A model generated the notes under the pieces. That model saw nothing but the letters and a program-made list of their open reading frames with translations, searched no databases and was not told where the DNA came from. A DNA stretch of 64,000 nucleotides. Origin: Candidatus Bathyarchaeia archaeon. Its GTDB lineage: Archaea > Thermoproteota > Bathyarchaeia > Bathyarchaeales > Bathycorpusculaceae. Location: positions 1-64,000 of the forward strand of contig JBEKGO010000022.1 of assembly GCA_050012755.1 (NCBI GenBank). Direction: 5' to 3'. Below, one piece after another: positions 9,477 through 18,088 of the stretch. The position numbers were made by a program, and so were the translations under genes. Every line of letters begins with the position of its first letter. Position 1 is the first letter of the stretch.

Positions 9477-10430
9477 CTACTCAGGTGACCTTAATTCAAT
9501 TTTTATTTTACCTTTGGTTCCAAGGCTCTCCAGGGCACGCTCAATTTCTTCATTGGATGTTTGAAGTTCAATTGAACAACGACTTAGATCAACTTCACCG
9601 TTAGTTCTACGGACATACTCCAAAAGTACATCTTCTAAACACGGCTTCTGAACCTTCAGCGAGAACTCCTTAATCTCAGACTTCTTATATGAGAAAACAG
9701 CGTTTGACGGATCAAAACCAGTTTCCTCTGTTGTTTTATGCCCAATCATTTGTGAAGAGGCAGCGGTTAAGGCAACTAGCTCCTTGATAGGGGTTTTCTC
9801 TTTCACTTGTGTCCCTAGAGGTGGCTCTGGAAGGGTTTCAGTCAGCTTTTGCTGCATGAAACAAGTAACTTCTTTGAGGATTTCTTCTCCGCCTTCAGTT
9901 TTCCTGCCGACCGGAATTATTTCTTCATCGGCCGTAATCTTTGTTGCGTGAAGGGTCTCCTGGATTGTTGCGTTAACATTGTTTAGTTCTGAGCTAACAT
10001 CAGGCAACACCTGAAATAGCTCTTGCGAAACGCCCTGAAGCAACTTCAACGCAGGCTTCAAGTCAGCGACTATCTCACCAAGTTCCTTTATTGTTTCTAA
10101 ACGAAGAACCACGCGTTCAATCGCTAATTGGACGTTGTAGAGAAATTTTACAAGTTTTCGAACTTCTGCGAGTTCAGTGGCACACATTGCCGCTTTTTCG
10201 CGGTTGTTCTTTTTTAAAGCACCCATGCAAGTTTCAAAAAGTAATCTGTCTCTTTCTTTTAAACGATAACTTGCTTGTTCTAATTTGTTTTGTTGAATTT
10301 TAAGAGTCATAATAGACTTGTTGGCAACTTCACGGATTGGTGTGGGGGTGGGGTTACTTAATACTTTGATACTTATCCCTCCACAGAGTATGATTCCGCT
10401 TTTGATCCGATTAGATGCCTGCTTTCCCAA
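9477..10430 (-). CDS. cdvB: ESCRT-III/Snf7 family CdvB with MIM2-like motif and C-terminal winged helix
   Basis: Snf7 core (CATELAEVRK...QLAIERVVLRLETI), LPEPP motif, C-terminal LLEYVRRTNGEVDLSRCSIELQTS...LGTKGKIKI. True start uncertain (about 10370). Confidence 0.88.
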   Translation of the reverse strand: MGKQASNRIKSGIILCGGISIKVLSNPTPTPIREVANKSIMTLKIQQNKLEQASYRLKERDRLLFETCMGALKKNNREKAAMCATELAEVRKLVKFLYNVQLAIERVVLRLETIKELGEIVADLKPALKLLQGVSQELFQVLPDVSSELNNVNATIQETLHATKITADEEIIPVGRKTEGGEEILKEVTCFMQQKLTETLPEPPLGTQVKEKTPIKELVALTAASSQMIGHKTTEETGFDPSNAVFSYKKSEIKEFSLKVQKPCLEDVLLEYVRRTNGEVDLSRCSIELQTSNEEIERALESLGTKGKIKIELRSPE

Positions 10431-11136
10431 TTTCTTTCACGTAGACAACAACAGGGGGTTCTGGGAGTTTAGTTGCGGCATCACTATTATTGACGTGTTC
10501 TGCGTAGGTTTTTGTGGATTTCAATGTATTCTGTGATTGGTCACCCAACAGTACACTTCCGAGTTTGCTTCTGGTTAATTCATAATCTGTTTTTTCTGTT
10601 GATGCACGTTTGAGGGTTTCCTGGAGCAATGCGAAAGCAGATTTGTAGGTTTCTTCATCAACTTTTCCAATTTCATGTTCAATTTCCAAGTTAGCAATAG
10701 CATAGCTCAATGAGGTTATTTCTTCTCGGCAACGTTCAATTTCTACTGCGGATTCATCTATGATTACTTGAGCATCCTTTTTGAGCGACACTAAGACAGT
10801 TCCGAAGCTCTGATGAAGATCCTGAAAAACTTCGGGGGCAATTTTCTTCTTGTCGAGCAAGTCTTTAAGGGCTTCATCTTTGCGCCAAATTAAAGGGATA
10901 TGGTCACAAAGCGTACCTGCTTGAGATTTAATTTTTGTAACATAAGTGATTTCAGAGCCATTAAATCGCAAGTTTTCCATGGGCTGTTTTGTGAATTGGC
11001 CATCGCCAAATTCCATATATACAGCGTCAAATCTCCCATCGGGAGTTAATGCGAAAGAAGCTACTTTGCCAATTATTCGTCCATATTCGTTCTTTATTGG
11101 TTTACCAATATAAAGAAAAAGATTGGAGTTAGACAT
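10411..11136 (-). CDS. cdvA: CdvA-like cell division protein (PRC barrel plus coiled coil)
   Basis: IGKPIKNEYGRIIGKV PRC-barrel start, ANLEIEHEIGKVDEETY, short C-terminal beta motif; located between two ESCRT-III genes. Confidence 0.88.
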   Translation of the reverse strand: MSNSNLFLYIGKPIKNEYGRIIGKVASFALTPDGRFDAVYMEFGDGQFTKQPMENLRFNGSEITYVTKIKSQAGTLCDHIPLIWRKDEALKDLLDKKKIAPEVFQDLHQSFGTVLVSLKKDAQVIIDESAVEIERCREEITSLSYAIANLEIEHEIGKVDEETYKSAFALLQETLKRASTEKTDYELTRSKLGSVLLGDQSQNTLKSTKTYAEHVNNSDAATKLPEPPVVVYVKEIGKAGI

Positions 11137-11157
11137 TTTGTGTTTTATCCTCCTATT

Positions 11158-11817
11158 TTAGAAACTTTGTGTTGATTTTTCTGTTTGTGGGGCTGCCGGC
11201 ATTCCTGGAGGCAGATCTGGGAATTTGTCTTTAATCTTTTGCTCTGCAACTGTGGCTGCTTCTGCAAGAATCTTTGATGCATCTTCGTTTACTGAGTCAA
11301 AGTTTAATGTCATACCGCTGCCTTGGCCTGCTTCAATCATTATTCCGCTGAGCATGTTGCCGATTTCGCCTAGTTCACTTTCTGCTTCTGGAAATACGCT
11401 AACTAAGCCTGATCTCACTGAACGTAGAACACCGACGGCTGGACCTAAGGTTGAAACTACGTCGCCTAGTTCTGAAACTGTTCGTAATCTTAAAGTAATT
11501 TGTTCTAACGCTAGTTTGGCATTCATTATTAACTTTGACATTTTTCTTACTTCAGCAAGTTCGTTGGCGAAAACGTTTGCGCGTGCGCCGTCATGTTTTG
11601 CGTATGCATCGACAATTCGTGCAAAGATTGCTTTGTCTCTTTGGCTGAATCTGTCTGTTGCTTGGTCAAGCTTCTGTACTTGAAGCTCAATGCGTCTAAC
11701 AGCGAAGTCAAGTCGTGGTTTTAGTGGTCCTGGCGGTTTTACTGCGTCTTTGATGCGGTTTTGGAACGGCTCATCTTCCCGTTTACTTTCCCACTTTTTT
11801 GCAAATCTTTCTGACAA
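11158..11817 (-). CDS. ESCRT-III/Snf7 family protein (CdvB1/B2-like, no winged helix)
   Basis: FAKKWE N-terminus, ANELAEVRK...KLALEQITLRLRTVSELGD, C-terminal KFPDLPPG MIM2-like motif. Confidence 0.9.
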   Translation of the reverse strand: MSERFAKKWESKREDEPFQNRIKDAVKPPGPLKPRLDFAVRRIELQVQKLDQATDRFSQRDKAIFARIVDAYAKHDGARANVFANELAEVRKMSKLIMNAKLALEQITLRLRTVSELGDVVSTLGPAVGVLRSVRSGLVSVFPEAESELGEIGNMLSGIMIEAGQGSGMTLNFDSVNEDASKILAEAATVAEQKIKDKFPDLPPGMPAAPQTEKSTQSF

Positions 11818-12042
11818 TTTGATTACCTCTTGAATGTCAAGGTGCGAAAAACAATCTTATACATTGTTAATATGATCAAAATATGCACGTATATACGTAG
11901 GGCTATACACCCACAAAAAATGTCCATTGTGCTTTAACTTTTATAGTTAAACATGATGCGAGTGCTAATCTGTTTAGACAGAAATTTGTGTCTAAGACTA
12001 AAAAGAAACGCGGAGCAATCTAAATCCAAAAAGGTGAAGTGA

Positions 12043-12267
12043 ATGAACAGCAGGTTGAAAGTATTTGGTTTAATAGCTCTTTTAGGCTTCGTAGCAGGCA
12101 TCATAGCACAAATCACAGCAGTCTACTTTATCCCATGGATGGTCTCGGTTCTGCCGTTGCTCGGCGGAATGACAAGCTTCTTGATCTCAGGCTTTGCCGG
12201 TGCAGTCATAACAATCGCAGTAGTCGGCGCTTGGGCCTACATGACCGGTAAAAAAGAGCCCTACTAA
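12043..12267 (+). CDS. Small two-TM membrane protein
   Basis: Two hydrophobic helices; GGTGA SD; divergent from the cdv cluster. Confidence 0.65.
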   Translation: MNSRLKVFGLIALLGFVAGIIAQITAVYFIPWMVSVLPLLGGMTSFLISGFAGAVITIAVVGAWAYMTGKKEPY

Positions 12268-12325
12268 AATAGAGCTCTCCAATCTTTTCTTTACAGAAAA
12301 CTCATTTTTCAAACAAAAATTTTCT

Positions 12326-13339
12326 TTATCCTTTATTTTTTCTTTTCCCATATGCAATCAATGGAATACCTAGAAACATCAAAGCGACAGCCCAAAGGTT
12401 AGGGTTATGCAGTGGACCTATGACTTCATACCATACACTTGGATGAGCACTGTATGTGCCTGTTAGAAAGTAGTAGAGGGTGTTGAAGACAAAGTAGCTG
12501 CTGAATGCCACCAAAATCAAGCCTATCCAGGTCAAGTTGACGTGCGATACTTGTTTCTTGATTGCGGGAAAAACTATCAACAAGGTCGCAGTGGCAAGTG
12601 CAAATAAACCGAAAACTGTTAAAGCAAAACTCACGAAGTTGATTGGCTGAAAAATAAAGTTGAAACCGTACTGTTGGTACGTGCGCGGGTAGGGAACTGT
12701 AACGCAAGCCCATAACATGGAATAATTAAACCAGAAAACCACAAAGAGATAAGCCACACCACTCAGGCAACTCCACTTCACAATTTCTTCAGTTACTGCT
12801 TCATTTTTAATCCTTGAACGGAGCTTCAGCAAAAGCGGAGGAACAACCAGAACGATAGCTAGGCAAGGTATCGCTGTGCCATACAGCAAAAGCAGCCCTG
12901 GTGTATGGTCAAAATAGAACAGATATTGGCTTGTCAGGTTGTAGGCGAAAGCGGCGATAACTGAAGGAATTAAGGCGAGAAAGAACCCTGCTTCCAGAAC
13001 CAGTGCTCTAGCGACATTTCTTCTAATAGCTGGCATGGCAATGTCTTTTTTTCTCCAGTAGAGAAAAGCTGCGTAAACTGCGAAAGCTCCCGCAAAAGCG
13101 CGAAGCACAATCGATACTGAACCGCCTATGCCCTCGCTGCCATAGTAGAGCACTATCCACCACCAAGGATCCTTAGTTACCAAACCATAGACGTAATGGT
13201 CAGAAATGAAGCCCAACCCAAACTGTAATCCGTAAATCGCAAAGTAAAGGGCATAACCAAAATAAACGACAACTGCGATTAAAATCCAAAAACGAATTGA
13301 ACCTGCATATTTTTCAAGCCATTTTCCCATAAAGCTCAC
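12326..13339 (-). CDS. Multi-pass membrane protein, unknown function
   Basis: About 8 hydrophobic segments. Confidence 0.7.
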   Translation of the reverse strand: MSFMGKWLEKYAGSIRFWILIAVVVYFGYALYFAIYGLQFGLGFISDHYVYGLVTKDPWWWIVLYYGSEGIGGSVSIVLRAFAGAFAVYAAFLYWRKKDIAMPAIRRNVARALVLEAGFFLALIPSVIAAFAYNLTSQYLFYFDHTPGLLLLYGTAIPCLAIVLVVPPLLLKLRSRIKNEAVTEEIVKWSCLSGVAYLFVVFWFNYSMLWACVTVPYPRTYQQYGFNFIFQPINFVSFALTVFGLFALATATLLIVFPAIKKQVSHVNLTWIGLILVAFSSYFVFNTLYYFLTGTYSAHPSVWYEVIGPLHNPNLWAVALMFLGIPLIAYGKRKNKG

Positions 13340-14096
13340 CTGCTCAACTTGTGGATAAGCTTCAATTTAGTTCTACTTAAGGAACAAAACGTTCCAACGC
13401 TGGAACACACATTTTTCGCATCAAAGGTTAGGGGAGTTTGTTGAAAATTATCAGAGCAGCCGTTCTGAAGAATTAGGGGCCGATATCTAGCAAGTGCTAA
13501 TTAGTTAAAATCAAGCTTTGAATTCGAGGTTTGTTGTTGTATTGTAAATTTGAAAGGTAAATGCAAATAAGTTTCGCTGATTTTTTATTGCGTTGGACGA
13601 TGAGAAAATCGAGGTACGATGAAGCGGAAGGCGGGGTTAATAATGCTGGAAGCTTGTGAAGTCTTTTTCCGCTATTGAGTCCACAAGTAAAAGGATTTGG
13701 TCACTATATGTTGGGTTATCGAGATACGAAGACAACGTAACGGCGAATGATATCTTTTTAGACAAGAACCAGACTTAGCACAAACCAAGCCACGGTCAAG
13801 TCGTCATTATTTCCCAGTTTACACATGAAAGTGGCTTAAACCATACGCCTAACTTTAGCTGCAACCGATAAAACCTGGAAAGACTAAACTGGTAATAAAT
13901 CACTTTTATGAGATAACAACAATTCAATTAACAATCATTATGCTACATTCTTAAAAGAACATTCACTCTATTCTTGAACTTTTAATATATAGAGCTTATT
14001 TGTCTATATAGCTTATGGAAAACTTATGTGTATTATTGTAGAATAATTGTTAAATACCAGAAACAAACATGGTGAGTCAAGAGACGTGAAAGAGAC

Positions 14097-14537
14097 TTGG
14101 ATGTCAGTAGCCAGCCACCTGAAGACTCTGCGAATGGCTCACCTGAAAGCAAAGTTAAAACGCAGAAGGAATTAGTTGAAACGCTTAAGATTCAATGGAG
14201 ACTTTTATGGACCGAACGCTTTAACGATAAAGTGAGAGCTGAAGGAGTTTCAGAGAAAGACTACGAAATCTTGAAAGTTGAAAGAGGCACAGTTATTACT
14301 GCCACAAGAGATTACAAAGTGTTAAACTTCAAAGAAATTTTAGAAAATCACTTGATTGAGCATCCAGACCGCTTTATCCAACCAAATGTCAATATGGGAG
14401 GCTGGAATCGGTTTGTAAAAACCCACATCGACACTCACAAGCCACAAAGAAACAACAGGCCTAAGCGAGAAGACCCGAATAAGTTGATAGCTGTACAATC
14501 AAAGAAAAGCCGTCGGGGTTGGCTCCACGCAACCTAA
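14097..14537 (+). CDS. Hypothetical protein
   Basis: 146-aa ORF with protein-like composition. Confidence 0.6.
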   Translation: MDVSSQPPEDSANGSPESKVKTQKELVETLKIQWRLLWTERFNDKVRAEGVSEKDYEILKVERGTVITATRDYKVLNFKEILENHLIEHPDRFIQPNVNMGGWNRFVKTHIDTHKPQRNNRPKREDPNKLIAVQSKKSRRGWLHAT

Positions 14538-14599
14538 TCGGTGCACTCTACTTAATTTTTTGTTAATTAATAATAGCTAAAAATGTTCTTGTCTCATTC

Positions 14600-14776
14600 G
14601 ACTTGAAGGCCAAACAAATTGTAGCTCAGTTGACTCGGGACATTGGTTTTGATCCAGTTGATTGTGGACCGCTAAAGGCAGCGCGGTATCTGGAAGCCAT
14701 GGGAATGTTGATAATTAACTTAGCCTTTGAATATGGATTAGGACCAAAAATAGGCTATAAATTAGTAAAAGCGTAA
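14600..14776 (+). pseudogene. C-terminal remnant of an NADP/F420-dependent oxidoreductase (COG2085-like)
   Basis: DLKAKQIVAQLTRDIGFDPVDCGPLKAARYLEAMGMLIINLAFEYGLGPKIGYKLVKA*; no Rossmann N-terminus upstream. Confidence 0.75.
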
Positions 14777-14800
14777 ATGATTCAGCAAATGTTGCCTCGG

Positions 14801-15193
14801 TTAATGCAGAGCCAAACTTGCAGTTAACACGATGAGCACAAAGAGCGTTATCAAAACGTATTTGAAATGTTTTTCCCAAGCGAAATAGAGGGCAGAAGTT
14901 ATTGCTCGAATGTAGGGTGTAAGAATTAGAATTATAAGCCCTAATGTTATGTACAAGAGAGCGTTTTGGGAACCAAATAAGTTTCGGAACTGGTCAATTA
15001 TGAAGGCAAAAAAGTTTTGTCCACTAATAAACACGCTTTTGTCCTGTGAAATCTGCACATTTCCATATGTTCTATAGAAGAGCGCCATGCCGATAACTTC
15101 GAACACTACGCTGACTAGAACGCCGATTATCAGTATGTAGCTTATGATTGTTTCCAGTTTTGATTCGCCGCTACCCAAGCTTGGTGTGGTCAT
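14801..15193 (-). CDS. DUF1634 family membrane protein
   Basis: LETIISYILIIGV and GLIILILTPYIRA; typical partner of TauE/SafE genes, 4-bp overlap. Confidence 0.85.
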   Translation of the reverse strand: MTTPSLGSGESKLETIISYILIIGVLVSVVFEVIGMALFYRTYGNVQISQDKSVFISGQNFFAFIIDQFRNLFGSQNALLYITLGLIILILTPYIRAITSALYFAWEKHFKYVLITLFVLIVLTASLALH

Positions 15194-16017
15194 AAGGCGG
15201 TTACTCCTTTGTAGAGCATCTGAATAATCAGCAAGGCTACAACTATGAGGAATAATATTCTGAGGTTTCTGTCGCGGATTTTGTTTAAAACTCTTCCGCC
15301 AACCACTGCACCAACTGTTACGCCTACAGCCATTGGCGCCATCAAAGTCACATTTAAAAGACCAGAAAAAAGATAAACGCTTACGCCAGCCAACGCAGTC
15401 ATTCCTATTATGAAGGTGCTCGTAGCACTTGAGACTTTAGCAGGCATTTTTAGGACTTTTTCATGAACGATAACTTTGAAAGCACCTGCGCCGATTCCAA
15501 GCATTCCCGCGGCAAACCCAGCCACAAACATGCCTAAGCCACCCAACATCGAGTTTGTGCATCTGTACTTGATTACTTGTTTTGTTGATTGGTCGTAGTA
15601 GCTTCCTTCAAGGCCAAGCCACCTTGAAATCCTATCTTGTTTTTCAGGGAGCTTGTAGGCTTTGAATGAGCTTCTTATTTTGACGAAGGAAGTAAGCAGA
15701 AAAGCTGCGAAGAGGAAGTACAGGAAGATTGGCGCAATTATAACGGTTATTGTTGCTCCTGCGATGGCGCCGATGATCGTAAACATTTCGAGGTACATAG
15801 CGATTTTGATGTTGGTTATTTTCTGTTTGACAAATGATGAGGCTGACCCACTAGATGTAGCGATTATAGCGACCATGCCGCATGCCACTGCCTCCTTAAC
15901 GGGTATGCCTAGTAAAACCAAGATTGGCGTTAAGATACTGGCGCCGCCTAGACCTGTAAGAGAACCTAATAGTCCAACAGCGATAGAAATTAGGAGCAGC
16001 GAAACCATGTCAAGCAA
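15190..16017 (-). CDS. Sulfite exporter TauE/SafE family protein
   Basis: GSLTGLGGASILTP and repeated AGMLGIGAG; ATSSGSAS. Confidence 0.9.
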   Translation of the reverse strand: MLDMVSLLLISIAVGLLGSLTGLGGASILTPILVLLGIPVKEAVACGMVAIIATSSGSASSFVKQKITNIKIAMYLEMFTIIGAIAGATITVIIAPIFLYFLFAAFLLTSFVKIRSSFKAYKLPEKQDRISRWLGLEGSYYDQSTKQVIKYRCTNSMLGGLGMFVAGFAAGMLGIGAGAFKVIVHEKVLKMPAKVSSATSTFIIGMTALAGVSVYLFSGLLNVTLMAPMAVGVTVGAVVGGRVLNKIRDRNLRILFLIVVALLIIQMLYKGVTAL

Positions 16018-16206
16018 AGCATTTTCCCGCCATTAAATTGAATATTGAACTTATTAAATGCACAATTCAGTTTCTATATAGGAACAAACCGATTTAGTTT
16101 TTGAATCGAGACGTGCAGCAATAAGAGAATATTTCCTCTTTTTGAAAAGCTTAATTCAAATTGCTTTTTTGGTTTAGGGTTTGTTTTGTTTGTAGGTTGC
16201 GTCTCT

Positions 16207-16266
16207 AAATGTAAGGAAATGTAAGAATCTGTAAAAGAATGTAAAAATTTGTAAAAAAATGTAAGA
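16207..16266. repeat. Six tandem 10-bp units with a TGTAA core
   Basis: aaatgtaagg aaatgtaaga atctgtaaaa gaatgtaaaa atttgtaaaa aaatgtaaga. Confidence 0.85.
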
Positions 16267-16390
16267 AAAAGGAAGAAAAACGGTTGGTCTATTGTGTCTC
16301 GAATCAGTTATTGACGGGTTTTTGTGCAGTTTCTGTTCTGTTTGTTTTGGGTTGCTTTTTTGATTTGGATCTTAAATTGTTTGCAGGTTG

Positions 16391-16460
16391 AGTCCAAAAA
16401 AGTCGGAAAAAGTCCAAAAAAGTCTAAATAAGTCGAAAAAAGTCAAAGAAAGTGAACAAA
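16391..16460. repeat. Six to seven tandem 10-bp units with an AGTC core plus A-tract
   Basis: agtccaaaaa agtcggaaaa agtccaaaaa agtctaaata agtcgaaaaa agtcaaagaa agtgaacaaa. Confidence 0.85.
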
Positions 16461-16483
16461 TAAAGAAAAAGTCTAGCCACAAG

Positions 16484-18088
16484 TCAGGCTTGTTTGAATT
16501 CCTCTCGGATTTTCATCTGTCTTCGTTTAAGGTTGTAACTTAGCGAAAAGTCATGTGTCGCATCGCGGATTTTTCTCAGCAAAAGCATCATTCGACTGTT
16601 CCGGTCAAAACTCTTTGGTGCAGGATCATCTGGCAAGTAAATTTCTTCATGTTCCTTAGCTAGACCGATCAGCGGAATCTTCAATCCCAAAGTATCAAGT
16701 GCCGCTTTTGCAGCGCTCACTTGCCCAGGTCCACCATCAATCATCACTAAGTCAGGCAGCGGGCTTTTCTCCTCAACCGAACGTTTGTACCTTCGCGAAA
16801 CAACCTCGTTCACCGACGCAAAATCATCCTGCCCCACGAAGGTTTTGATTTTGAATTTTCGGTAGTTCTTCTTGTCAGGCTTCGTATCCCTGAAAGCAAC
16901 CATACCTGAAACTACATGTTCTTGCCCCAAATTGGAAATGTCAAAAGACTCAATCACACGCGGCAACACTGGAAGATTAAGCGCTGCTTGCAAATCCACT
17001 AGGGCACTGTCAACTTCTAAAGTAGACTCCAAATTCTTCTCCGCCAACTGCACAAGCGCCAATTTATCAGCTCGCCGAGGAATTGTCAATGAAACAGGTG
17101 CATTCCGTTTTGCTGAAAGAAATTCTTCAAGAGCCTTTTTCTCTTCTGCACCCTCCCAAACGGGTTTGTTTAACAAAATCTCTCGGGGAATCTGGCTAGT
17201 CGCGTAAAAAGCTTTCAAAAATTCCTGCTCAATCTGAGGCTGCAGATCAACGGTAAACTGGTTTTTGCCACGCAAAACGCCTTTGCGGACACCCATTTGG
17301 ACTGCCAACATTTTCTCGCCAACCCGCTTGAAAGCCATAACATCTTGGTCAAACCGCCTTTCATGGTCAACGATCTGGTGCTGAGTCAGAAGCCTAATCG
17401 ATGCAACTTGGTTGCGAAGATCAAGCGCAGTTTCATATTGCTTTTGTGCTGACGCTGTATGCATTTGAGAGGTGAGTTCCTCGATTGTTTTCTGGTAATT
17501 GCCATTAAGTAAGGAACGTGCACCCTTAACTTGCTCTGCATATTGTTCAGCAGTGACTTTGTCGATGCATGGTGCAGTGCAAATATGGATGTGAAAGTTT
17601 AGGCAAGCACGTTTATGCATTGTCTTGCATGTACGCAGTTTAAACACTCTTACTACCAAGCGCTGGAGGTCTTGCCGTATGAAACCTTCAGTGTATGGCC
17701 CAAAAGATTCAAGTTTACGTGAAACCTTGCGGCTCATCAATATTCTCGGGTATGGTTCTCTTGTAAGTGAGATATATGCGAAGGTTTTAGCGTCTTTAAG
17801 GTCAATATTATATTTTGGCGTATGCTGCTTAACCAGCTTGTTTTCCAAGAGCAGCGCTTCAACTTCGTTGTTGACGATAATCCAGTCGATATTTCTAATA
17901 TGGGAAACTAGTTGTCGGGTTTTTGCTGGTTGATCTGAAGTTGAAAAGTAGCTTTTGACTCGTGAGCGGAGACTTTTAGCTTTGCCAATGTAGAGGATTT
18001 CGCCTGTTTCGTCCTTGTACAAGTAGACGCCGGGATTGGTTGGTATGTTTTGGCTTCTAAAATCTTTAGGGCACGTGATTTTGATCAT
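16484..18088 (-). CDS. uvrC: Excinuclease ABC subunit C (no obvious C-terminal HhH domain)
   Basis: GIY-YIG domain (PGVYLY...LYIGKAKSLRSRVKSYF, EALLLE), UVR domain, RNase H-like FDISN...DDFAS...IDGG. Confidence 0.95.
   Translation of the reverse strand: MIKITCPKDFRSQNIPTNPGVYLYKDETGEILYIGKAKSLRSRVKSYFSTSDQPAKTRQLVSHIRNIDWIIVNNEVEALLLENKLVKQHTPKYNIDLKDAKTFAYISLTREPYPRILMSRKVSRKLESFGPYTEGFIRQDLQRLVVRVFKLRTCKTMHKRACLNFHIHICTAPCIDKVTAEQYAEQVKGARSLLNGNYQKTIEELTSQMHTASAQKQYETALDLRNQVASIRLLTQHQIVDHERRFDQDVMAFKRVGEKMLAVQMGVRKGVLRGKNQFTVDLQPQIEQEFLKAFYATSQIPREILLNKPVWEGAEEKKALEEFLSAKRNAPVSLTIPRRADKLALVQLAEKNLESTLEVDSALVDLQAALNLPVLPRVIESFDISNLGQEHVVSGMVAFRDTKPDKKNYRKFKIKTFVGQDDFASVNEVVSRRYKRSVEEKSPLPDLVMIDGGPGQVSAAKAALDTLGLKIPLIGLAKEHEEIYLPDDPAPKSFDRNSRMMLLLRKIRDATHDFSLSYNLKRRQMKIREEFKQA

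Noticed and set aside
11225-11683. Antisense ORFs in the track (e.g. 11225-11683, 15662-16036, 47201-47572, 58257-58661)
   Set aside because: They shadow well-supported genes on the opposite strand and have no motifs.
13340-14096. Hidden gene, ncRNA or further transposon target (CTAACTTT near 13849) in a 750-bp intergenic region
   Set aside because: No convincing ORF, structure or TIR next to the 8-mer; a chance match is expected at this length.
16207-16460. CRISPR array
   Set aside because: Units are 10 bp with no unique spacers, and there are no cas genes in the window.
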